Sequence record: NC_047754.1
From: Escherichia phage phiAPCEc03
Direction: 5' to 3' (one strand)
DNA: 64,000 nt
The notes beneath the pieces were generated by a model. That model worked only from the letters and a program-made list of their open reading frames with translations. It ran no database searches and had not been told where the DNA came from. The translations under genes were made by a program, and so were the position numbers. This document shows positions 56,263 through 64,000 of this stretch, piece by piece (position 1 is the first letter of the stretch; the number at the start of each line of letters is the position of its first letter).

Positions 56263-58709
56263 TGGCAATAACTACTAAGATTATTGTACAACAAATATTA
56301 AATATTGATGATACTAAAGCTACTGCTAGTAAATTTCCTAGATACACAGTAACTCTTGGAAACTCTATTAGCTCTATTACTGCTATAGAGTTAGTATCCT
56401 CTATAGAGGCCGCTGCTAAATCTGCTGCGGCTGCAAAAGATTCTGAAATAGCTGCTAAAACCTCAGAACTTAATGCTAAGAACTCTGAACAGGAAGCTGC
56501 TATTTCTGCTGGAGCTTCAGAAGCTTCTGCTAATCAGTCTGCTACCTCTGCTACTCAGTCCGCAGCGTCAGCCAATAAGTCTGCAGAATCCGCTGCCGCA
56601 GCTAAAATATCCGAGACTAATGCGAAGACTAGTGAAACTAATGCGAAGACTAGTGAAACTAACGCGAAGACTAGTGAAACTAATGCTGACGCATCAGCTG
56701 CTGCTGCAAAAATTAGTGAGACTAATGCAAAGGCAAGTGAGACTAATGCAGCTCAATCAGCTGCTGATGCAAAACTTAGCGAGGGTAACGCAAAGGTCAG
56801 TGAGACTAATGCAGCTCAATCAGCAGCTGATTCTAGCGGTTTTAGGAATGAGGCGGAAATATTTTCTGGGCAAGCTGCTGCATCGGCATCTGCGGCAAAA
56901 ATCTCTGAAACCAATGCAAAAACCTCGGAAACAAAAGCTAAGGCTAGTGAAACTAATGCTGCGGGATCTGCAACTTCTGCTAGCCAATCTGTAGCTACTA
57001 TTCAAGGACTTAAATCAGATGTCGAACAGTTAAAATCTGATACCCAGGACATTAAAAATAGTGCTATAACAGAGACAACAGCTTTAAAAGCGGATGTCGA
57101 ACAGTTAAAATCTGATACCCAGGCCATTAAAAATAGCGCTATAACAGAGACAACAGCTTTAAAAGCGGATGTTGAGCAACTAAAAACAGATACACAAGGT
57201 ATTAAGGATAGCGCGGTATCTGAGACAACAACTTTAAAAGATCAAGCTGCTGCTTCTGCTGCACAAGCAGGTAATAGTGCTGTTGAGGCCGGGCAACAAG
57301 CTAGCAATGCTGCTGGTAGTGCAAATAGCTCTAAAGTAGAAGCAGACCGTGCAAAGGCAGAAGCAGACCGTGCGGAAGTTGCAGCTAATAGGGATCCTGA
57401 TCTTCAACCATTCCCTGACGTATGGATTCCATTTAATGACTCGCTTGATATGCTCGCAGGTTATTCACCCGGCTATAAGAAAATAACAGTTGGTGAAGAT
57501 GTTATTACAATGCCTTCTGATAAGGTTGTTAGTTTCACGCGTGCGTCAAATGCAACATACATAAATAAGCATGGTGAATTTTGTATTGCTAATATCGATG
57601 AACCCAGATTTGAAAAGCAAGGACTCTTGATTGAAGGCCAGAGGACAAATCACATTACTTTCAGTAATGACCCCGCTTCACTAAATACAGATAAGCACCG
57701 TAGTGATGTTACTTATAATGTTGATAAGTATGGTTTTGCATATGCAACGGCTACAGCTAACGAAAATTCACATGGTGAGTACCCTTCATTATTTTATTGT
57801 AAAACCGTGAATGCAATCAACTGTCAGCAAAATGAATATGTTTCTTTATCTATACGAGTAAAGGCAAACTCGGATATCTATATCACCCCACAATTTTATT
57901 TAGTAGGTAAGGATGGAGGTCTTATTCTCGGTGCTAGATCTTTCATAAGTTGCGAAACCGGCGAAGTTTCTTCTGTAGTAGAAGGGAGGGGGACTATAGC
58001 ACATAGAATATATAGAGAAGACAACGGATGGTTGAAAGTTGAAGCTATGTGTAAATTTGTAGAACGTGGAGGTAGTTCTATTGGATCTGTAAATTATTGT
58101 CGGAATAATGATCAACCTTCGCAAGTTGGGGATACAATATCATTTTGTACTCCGCAATTTGAAAAGGGTTTTTGTGCATCCTCCTTCATTATTACGGGAA
58201 GCACTCCTGCAACAAGGGCTCTGGATTATGTTACTATACCTGCAAGAAATAATTTCTCAGGGACGAATATTTCATTCCTTGCTGAGGTAAGTATCAACTG
58301 GAATAGCTTTCAATTAGATAATATATACCCAATGATAGTGGATAACAACCACTACTTCGTAAGAGGAAAAGCATTTGTTGCGGAATTTGACAGAACCTCC
58401 GTTACACCTTACACGTATGTGGTAACTGAGGATGGATCAACTATTCTGTCCAGAGGTTATTCATTTGAAAAACAATTTTCTCCACATGTATTTGGTTTTA
58501 TTCTCAGTGGCGATGTAGAGGTCACCTCGTTTGTTAATGGTAATAGTGGTGAGACCTCACACGGTTCTACCTGGAAAGGAACGGACTCGGACGCACTAGT
58601 AGAAATAGGCGGTAGACTTTCAGATTCAACTAAATTGTATGGTCATATTCGTAACCTTAGAATATGGAATAGAGTATTAACAGATAGTCAAATGCGGGAG
58701 AAAGTTTAA
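56262..58709 (+). CDS. L-shaped tail fiber proximal subunit (LtfA-like) with tandem coding repeats
   Basis: 815 aa; Ala-rich SETNAKT-type repeats and three 27-aa repeats (DVEQLKSDTQ.IKNSAITETTALKA). Confidence 0.6.
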   Translation: MAITTKIIVQQILNIDDTKATASKFPRYTVTLGNSISSITAIELVSSIEAAAKSAAAAKDSEIAAKTSELNAKNSEQEAAISAGASEASANQSATSATQSAASANKSAESAAAAKISETNAKTSETNAKTSETNAKTSETNADASAAAAKISETNAKASETNAAQSAADAKLSEGNAKVSETNAAQSAADSSGFRNEAEIFSGQAAASASAAKISETNAKTSETKAKASETNAAGSATSASQSVATIQGLKSDVEQLKSDTQDIKNSAITETTALKADVEQLKSDTQAIKNSAITETTALKADVEQLKTDTQGIKDSAVSETTTLKDQAAASAAQAGNSAVEAGQQASNAAGSANSSKVEADRAKAEADRAEVAANRDPDLQPFPDVWIPFNDSLDMLAGYSPGYKKITVGEDVITMPSDKVVSFTRASNATYINKHGEFCIANIDEPRFEKQGLLIEGQRTNHITFSNDPASLNTDKHRSDVTYNVDKYGFAYATATANENSHGEYPSLFYCKTVNAINCQQNEYVSLSIRVKANSDIYITPQFYLVGKDGGLILGARSFISCETGEVSSVVEGRGTIAHRIYREDNGWLKVEAMCKFVERGGSSIGSVNYCRNNDQPSQVGDTISFCTPQFEKGFCASSFIITGSTPATRALDYVTIPARNNFSGTNISFLAEVSINWNSFQLDNIYPMIVDNNHYFVRGKAFVAEFDRTSVTPYTYVVTEDGSTILSRGYSFEKQFSPHVFGFILSGDVEVTSFVNGNSGETSHGSTWKGTDSDALVEIGGRLSDSTKLYGHIRNLRIWNRVLTDSQMREKV

Positions 58710-58973
58710 GTGAAAGATATTAATTTACAATTCAAGGATGAAAAACATTATCTGGATGTTGTCGTTGATAGTGGGTGGCTTAAGACAAACTACGGTAACG
58801 TGTTTATAGATGAAATTGGTTTTATCCCTGTGGTAGACGACCCTAAAAGTAAAACCCCTGCTATTATTGGTAAAGAAGGTTATTACATAAATATAAGGGT
58901 AGGAGATAATATAGACTTGTCAGACATCGAACAATTCATTATTAAGAATCCCGATGTACGCAAATGGGCATAA
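58710..58973 (+). CDS. hypothetical small protein between tail fiber genes (GTG start)
   Basis: 87-aa ORF starting right after the LtfA stop. Confidence 0.35.
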   Translation: MKDINLQFKDEKHYLDVVVDSGWLKTNYGNVFIDEIGFIPVVDDPKSKTPAIIGKEGYYINIRVGDNIDLSDIEQFIIKNPDVRKWA

Positions 58974-58983
58974 GAGGTGATCA

Positions 58984-60726
58984 ATGACTACTTATACTAA
59001 TATCCCCCAGGATATTACAAAACTTAAAGACGAAAAGATGGATAAAAACAACAATTTATCCGATCTTGCAGACCGTGCAGCAGCATGGTTAAATGTGCGT
59101 CCTATTGGGTCCACCCCTCTTGCGGGGGATCCTGTTGGGGACTATGATGCCGCAACTAAACGTTGGGTAGAGAATAAGATTAACACCGGTACAGTCGGTC
59201 CCACTATGAATGGTGTTATGAATTACGGTGTTGGTGATTTCCACCTTCGAGATAGTCGTGCGTATATCCAGCCGTACGAGGTGGTTTCTGATGGTCAGCT
59301 TCTTAACAGGGCTGACTGGCCGGAGCTTTGGGCATACGCTCAAAGGGTTGGTGTTATAGAGGATTCGGTATGGTTAGCTTATAAATTCCAGCGTGGAAAA
59401 TACTCTAATGGTGACGGAGCAACAACTTTTCGTGTTCCAGATAAGAATGGGGTGCAGGAGGGATCAATACGTGCTCTTTATGGCCGTGGAGATGGCGGGA
59501 ATAGTGGTGCAAATGGGCAACTGTTCGAATCCGCTGCGCCTAATATTACAGGCTTTTTCACCACATATTCCGCTCAAACTTACGGCCAGGTATTAGGTAT
59601 GACAGGTGGTTCTTTTACCACAAGTAATAAAATATTTCCGGAAGGAAAAGGAGACGGTATACCCCCAGGCACAGCGCCGCTCGCTGGGCGTTATAATACC
59701 TGCGACTTCAATGCCTCAATGTCAAGTCCGATTTACGGGGCATCAACTGATGAGATTCTTACACGAAACTTTGTCGGCGTGTGGGTAATACGGGCGTCCG
59801 GTGGTTTCGTTGCGGCAAATACATCATGGAGTGTAATAAACGCTGATGCTGCCAAACCTCCTACTGGTACAGTTGTAAGGGGTGGTAGTGTGAAGTCAGA
59901 ATACAAGATTGGCACAACTACTACGCATCAAGCATATCTGCAATCTTACGGAAAGATTGATGGATTGACGTCTGAACAAGGTGCAGTTATATCAAACGGG
60001 GTTCAAGAGTGGTCATTTAATCAAGCTGGGACTTTGTACTTCCCAAGCGCAGAAACTCAAATTGGCACGCTAAGGTCTGATGGCGCGCTACAGGTTAACG
60101 CATACGTACGAGCAAAAGACTTCGTTGCACAGCCATTAAACTCTGTTGGAGTTGCCGCTATAGAAAGAAACGCCATCAGAATGATTAACTACGCGAATGT
60201 GTCAGAAGGGTATTATGTAAACACTATAAGCGGCGATTGGTACGATGGAAGCTGGATATTTGGTGGTATTCGCTCCGGTAATAGGTTGTTAGATAGGGTA
60301 CAGCTTAATGTCTATAACGGAATCGGAGGAGCTGCATCTTATATTTTTGGGACGGATGGTATAGCAAAAGGTCAAGAATGGAGAAACTTATCCGACAAAC
60401 GCATTAAAAGTAATATTGAGCGTATAAACGATCCACTATCTAAGATGCGAAACATTAAAGGGGTTAAATGGGTACTAGAAACAAACGGCTCAGTTGGGTA
60501 TGGATTTATTGCTCAGGATGTAGAGAAAGACTTTCCTGAAGCAGTATCTGAAACTCAGTCATCACCTGTTACTCTGCGCGACGGTTCGACGTTGGATAAC
60601 ATAAAATCTGTTAATATGCCAGGTGTAGCAGCTGCACTGCACCACGAGGCGATACTTGCTTTGATGGAAAAGGTGGAGAACCTAGAAGCAGAATTAGCTG
60701 CATTAAAAGAAGCGAATGGTTCCTAA
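58984..60726 (+). CDS. tail fiber distal subunit (LtfB-like) with C-terminal intramolecular chaperone domain
   Basis: 580 aa; C-terminal segment SDKRIKSNIERI...GYGFIAQDVEKDFPEAV resembles the autoproteolytic chaperone domain of phage fibers. Confidence 0.6.
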   Translation: MTTYTNIPQDITKLKDEKMDKNNNLSDLADRAAAWLNVRPIGSTPLAGDPVGDYDAATKRWVENKINTGTVGPTMNGVMNYGVGDFHLRDSRAYIQPYEVVSDGQLLNRADWPELWAYAQRVGVIEDSVWLAYKFQRGKYSNGDGATTFRVPDKNGVQEGSIRALYGRGDGGNSGANGQLFESAAPNITGFFTTYSAQTYGQVLGMTGGSFTTSNKIFPEGKGDGIPPGTAPLAGRYNTCDFNASMSSPIYGASTDEILTRNFVGVWVIRASGGFVAANTSWSVINADAAKPPTGTVVRGGSVKSEYKIGTTTTHQAYLQSYGKIDGLTSEQGAVISNGVQEWSFNQAGTLYFPSAETQIGTLRSDGALQVNAYVRAKDFVAQPLNSVGVAAIERNAIRMINYANVSEGYYVNTISGDWYDGSWIFGGIRSGNRLLDRVQLNVYNGIGGAASYIFGTDGIAKGQEWRNLSDKRIKSNIERINDPLSKMRNIKGVKWVLETNGSVGYGFIAQDVEKDFPEAVSETQSSPVTLRDGSTLDNIKSVNMPGVAAALHHEAILALMEKVENLEAELAALKEANGS

Positions 60727-60810
60727 CAAATTTGAGCAAGAATTAATCGAACTGAAAAACTTGTGAACCAGCTCAATAATCCAGATAGATAATTATATAC
60801 GCATAGTAAA

Positions 60811-60846
60811 AAGAAACCCCAGTGGACAAAATCCGCTGGGGTTTTT
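60811..60846. terminator. bidirectional rho-independent terminator
   Basis: Hairpin CCCCAG...CTGGGG flanked by A-run upstream and T-run downstream, between convergent gene blocks. Confidence 0.7.
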
Positions 60847-60849
60847 ATA

Positions 60850-61113
60850 TTACTTGCTTCTACAACCTTCTATAATACCAAGATTATAGATAGTTAATAG
60901 TATTTTTAAATGCTCATTATCAGTATTAGTACAAAATTCTACAAAACCTTCAGGATCCCAGAAAGTAACATTACCTTCTTTATCTGTTTTTAGCACAAAC
61001 GTTTCTGGTTTAGTAGTTTTAATCTGATAAGCTGACATACTAGTATCAATACCTACCATATTAGGATCACTAAAATTATTTGCTTCCTGAGCTTCCAAAC
61101 CCGCCTTCCCCAC
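60850..61113 (-). CDS. hypothetical protein
   Basis: 87-aa ORF. Confidence 0.45.
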   Translation of the reverse strand: MGKAGLEAQEANNFSDPNMVGIDTSMSAYQIKTTKPETFVLKTDKEGNVTFWDPEGFVEFCTNTDNEHLKILLTIYNLGIIEGCRSK

Positions 61114-61522
61114 GATCAGTTTCCCCTAGTTCATCAACAATTTCAAAATTATGTGTTGAGTAGTGTGGTACTACTACCAACTGGCAAAGTCTTTCAAAAT
61201 TTTCCAGAGTTTGAATTTCAGAACCGTAGTTATAAAGGTTCATCTTAATAGTTCCACGATAGTCTGAGTCGATCACTCCTGCGGTATTTGCGATCATCAG
61301 ATGACGCTTACCTAAAGAGCTGCGAGGAACTACCAAACCGAACCAACCTCGCGGAATTTCCACCGCGACACCGGTGTCAATCATTAGGGATTTGCCTGGT
61401 GCAATAGCGCGTAAATCTGCAGCAGGGTTAGTACCAAAGAATGCTCGCAGGTCCATACCTGCGGCATCTTTGGAACCAATCTTAGGCATACAATCTGGAT
61501 GAGTTAATTTAATTTTAATCAT
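61076..61522 (-). CDS. dut: dUTPase
   Basis: 148 aa; dUTPase motifs PRSS and GVIDSDYRG. Confidence 0.85.
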   Translation of the reverse strand: MIKIKLTHPDCMPKIGSKDAAGMDLRAFFGTNPAADLRAIAPGKSLMIDTGVAVEIPRGWFGLVVPRSSLGKRHLMIANTAGVIDSDYRGTIKMNLYNYGSEIQTLENFERLCQLVVVPHYSTHNFEIVDELGETDRGEGGFGSSGSK

Positions 61523-62394
61523 TGTTCTGCAATCTCCAAAATATCTTTTGTAAACTTATCTAATACATCTTGACCTACAGCAGCAATAGCATCCACACAG
61601 TAGGTAGGTAAATCAACCAGAATTAGGTTTCGATAAAGCAATTCTTCCGAAGCGTTTAAATTCTGTATATATTTCTGTTTTCCAGGTAGTGGAAGCTGAT
61701 CAATAATATCCAGAACATTACCAAATTCACGAATAATGTTATATCCTCGTTTCGCTCCAATACCTTCAACGCCACGGATATTATCCCCTAAATCACCCAT
61801 AATTGCTTTCAGAGAGATAAACTGCTCTACATCGTCAACATTATGGTGCTCATACATATCACGAAGATGATATTCACGACGTGTTGTGAAAGAGAAGCGA
61901 GAAACTTTATCAGTTAATAAAGTATCCCAGTCACCGTCAGTAGAAATCAACCAAACGTGGTCATATAGATGCCCGATGAGCTTAACAATATAAGCTGCCA
62001 TATCATCTGCTTCTACACCACGAATAGTGAAAGTTGGAAATGTAGTTTCGCATAACTCGAAAGCATCTCTCAGATATTCGAAGAATTGTTCATCTAATGC
62101 TTTCTCCTCTTCCGTACGCTGTGAGTATTTCTCATCTCGATTCCCTTTATACTCGGGGAGATGCTCTAAGCGGAATGCAGACTTCCCTTTATCTCCTAAA
62201 ACTATTGTAGTTCTAGCGGAATAAGATTTTGCTAGAGACTGAATAGTGGAAACATAACTTGAGGCAAAGGGTTTTTTACTGTTATTATGTTTGAAGCGAA
62301 AGCCTAAGTTAGTTCCATCGACAATCATTAGGTTACGACGGGAAGCCATTTCAGCTTCCTCTTCTTCAATAAATTTTCCCCAGGATTTACTCAT
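61519..62394 (-). CDS. D15: flap endonuclease / 5-prime to 3-prime exonuclease (D15)
   Basis: 291 aa; N-terminus MSKSWGKFIEEEEAEMASRRNLMIVDGTNLGFR and acidic clusters match the T5 D15 exonuclease I recall. Confidence 0.9.
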   Translation of the reverse strand: MSKSWGKFIEEEEAEMASRRNLMIVDGTNLGFRFKHNNSKKPFASSYVSTIQSLAKSYSARTTIVLGDKGKSAFRLEHLPEYKGNRDEKYSQRTEEEKALDEQFFEYLRDAFELCETTFPTFTIRGVEADDMAAYIVKLIGHLYDHVWLISTDGDWDTLLTDKVSRFSFTTRREYHLRDMYEHHNVDDVEQFISLKAIMGDLGDNIRGVEGIGAKRGYNIIREFGNVLDIIDQLPLPGKQKYIQNLNASEELLYRNLILVDLPTYCVDAIAAVGQDVLDKFTKDILEIAEQ

Positions 62395-62876
62395 TATTTA
62401 ATTAAGTCCTCAACAGATGCATGATGTAGCCACGGCTCAAATAAACCAATTACGATTTCCATGTCTTTCTTATTTAACACCATATGGGTACGACTCATTA
62501 AGTTGTCAACCATCGGGTCTGAGCTATCCAAAGCTATTAACCACTGTCCTCTGTCTTTTTTGAATATTAATGCAGGTTTGGAGTTCATCTGCTCACCTTC
62601 ACGTGAGCACTGCTGCCACCACTTCTCTAGAGTGGATTCACCAACATTAAATAAATTACTTGATATATTATCATCTTTATACCACTTAACTTCGAAGCAG
62701 TATTTACTAATGTGTCCGCTTTGTGGTGGAAGGTAGATGTCACCTTTCAGTCCGTGGCTCTGGCCAAAAGCACCAGAGCCAGGAACACGTTCCCACTCAA
62801 GACCTGTACGCTCACGTAGAATATCTCTTACCTGATATTCACCACGTTTACCTTTCTCTCTACTATCTACAGCCAT
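62394..62876 (-). CDS. hypothetical protein (D14 position)
   Basis: 160-aa ORF between SbcC-like and D15 genes. Confidence 0.5.
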   Translation of the reverse strand: MAVDSREKGKRGEYQVRDILRERTGLEWERVPGSGAFGQSHGLKGDIYLPPQSGHISKYCFEVKWYKDDNISSNLFNVGESTLEKWWQQCSREGEQMNSKPALIFKKDRGQWLIALDSSDPMVDNLMSRTHMVLNKKDMEIVIGLFEPWLHHASVEDLIK

Positions 62877-62879
62877 GTT

Positions 62880-64000
62880 TTATTCTAAGTAGGAAAATCC
62901 TTCTGCATCTTTTTTGACAGTAATCTTATGAGCTAATGGATGCGTATGCCCATGAGAAACAATGATAGAATTTAGACTTTCTTCCCCATTTAATAGTTCA
63001 ACGAGAGTATCAAGTCCTTTCGTATCAATAAAGCTAATTACTTCATCAAGGAATAGAAGATTAATATTAACTTTACTAATAGATGTTAACAGCATCCGAA
63101 TAGCTAACAGGGTTGCTAGATTAATTCGACTTTGCTGACCAGTAGAGCAGTTCTCCATACTGGTACGATTTCCATCATTGAAGATTACTACTTGTAATTT
63201 TGTTTCATCAAGTTCAAATCCAAGTGCGAATTTACCTCCAGTCATAATAGAAAGGTATTTATTAATTAATTCTTCGAATACTTTCACACTATGCTCTAGT
63301 TTATATCCTACTAGATTCTTCAATGCAGCAATCAGAATATCGAGATCAGCAACAGCTTCAGATACTCCATCCAGTTTGGAAGTAATCTCAGTCATTTCTG
63401 CTTCTGCTTTCTCAATCTGTTCTAACTTTGCTTTATATTTTGCATTGGCTAATTCGACATTTGCATTATGCTCTTTGGCAATTGCAACCTTAGAGCGGCC
63501 ATCAGCGATTTCCTGTTCTAATTGTCGGATTTGCACCTGTAGGATTTGCACATTGAGTTCTTCAAAAGAAGCATCACTCATTGAATTTTTGAACTCGTCT
63601 CTAGCTACCACTGCTTTATCCAAAGCATCCTTTGCTTTAGTATACGCAACGTACTCAAGTTGTTCTTTCTTCAACTGTTCTAGCTTAGCTTCAAGAGATT
63701 GCTTCTCTTTGAACAGAGGATCATATTCTATTCTAGCCATATCCATTGCTTTTTGAGCAGCAGTTGTATCCAGATGAGTACCACAAGTAGGGCATTCAGT
63801 ATTTGAAGCCTCTTGCTTAAACTTCTGATAACGTTTCTTAACTTCGCTCGCACGTGAGGTCACAATCGTTAGGTCACGCGTAACACTCGAGATCTCTTCA
63901 TTTTGGTCGGTGGGCGCGGGCAGATTTTTGAAAGGTTCGAAAGATTGTTCGGCAACTTGTACAGCTTTGTCCAAATTACGCAACTTAGTAATATTAGCCT
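62880..64000 (-). CDS. SbcC/Rad50-like ATPase, C-terminal part (partial; N-terminus beyond window end)
   Basis: Zinc hook CPTCG, coiled coil, ABC signature STGQQSRINLA, Walker B LLFLDE and H-loop VSHGH; frame stays open to the window edge. Confidence 0.7.
   Translation of the reverse strand, partial: ANITKLRNLDKAVQVAEQSFEPFKNLPAPTDQNEEISSVTRDLTIVTSRASEVKKRYQKFKQEASNTECPTCGTHLDTTAAQKAMDMARIEYDPLFKEKQSLEAKLEQLKKEQLEYVAYTKAKDALDKAVVARDEFKNSMSDASFEELNVQILQVQIRQLEQEIADGRSKVAIAKEHNANVELANAKYKAKLEQIEKAEAEMTEITSKLDGVSEAVADLDILIAALKNLVGYKLEHSVKVFEELINKYLSIMTGGKFALGFELDETKLQVVIFNDGNRTSMENCSTGQQSRINLATLLAIRMLLTSISKVNINLLFLDEVISFIDTKGLDTLVELLNGEESLNSIIVSHGHTHPLAHKITVKKDAEGFSYLE

Noticed and set aside
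56473-57005. 173-aa alternative-frame ORF and short antisense ORF in the tail fiber gene
   Set aside because: Generated by the tandem coding repeats of the LtfA-like gene; Leu/Gln/Arg-rich repeat translation without start context.

Overview
This window reads as a T5-like (Tequintavirus-type) siphophage genome segment, identified by gene content, protein sizes and motifs only; no database search was run. Left to right: (1) an AT-rich early region (1-21.8 kb) with a tRNA cluster (11 tRNAs that parse cleanly or nearly so, 3 degenerate tRNA-like elements), many small ORFs, T5-type early promoters, dNMP kinase, a ClpP-like protease, a holin/endolysin pair, two metallophosphoesterases and an HNH-AP2 endonuclease; (2) a compositionally distinct module (about 21.9-33.3 kb) resembling the T5 pre-early (first-step-transfer) region, which in T5 lies in the terminal direct repeat: about 1.5 kb of noncoding DNA with a 13-bp iteron array, DnaA-box-like 9-mers and other repeats, a block of small uncharacterised minus-strand genes, and plus-strand A2-like, A1-like (556 aa metallophosphoesterase nuclease) and dmp-like (HAD 5-prime-deoxyribonucleotidase) genes; (3) a late structural module (33.3-60.7 kb): llp-like lipoprotein, receptor-binding protein, terminase, portal, protease, major capsid, tail tube, tape measure, baseplate proteins and a split L-shaped tail fiber; (4) minus-strand early replication genes (dUTPase, D15 flap endonuclease, partial SbcC-like ATPase). 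The most interesting candidates are the repeat-rich noncoding region and the adjacent small pre-early gene block, which are plausible DNA-injection control and host-takeover or anti-defence determinants. Nothing here can be shown from sequence alone to be previously undescribed.
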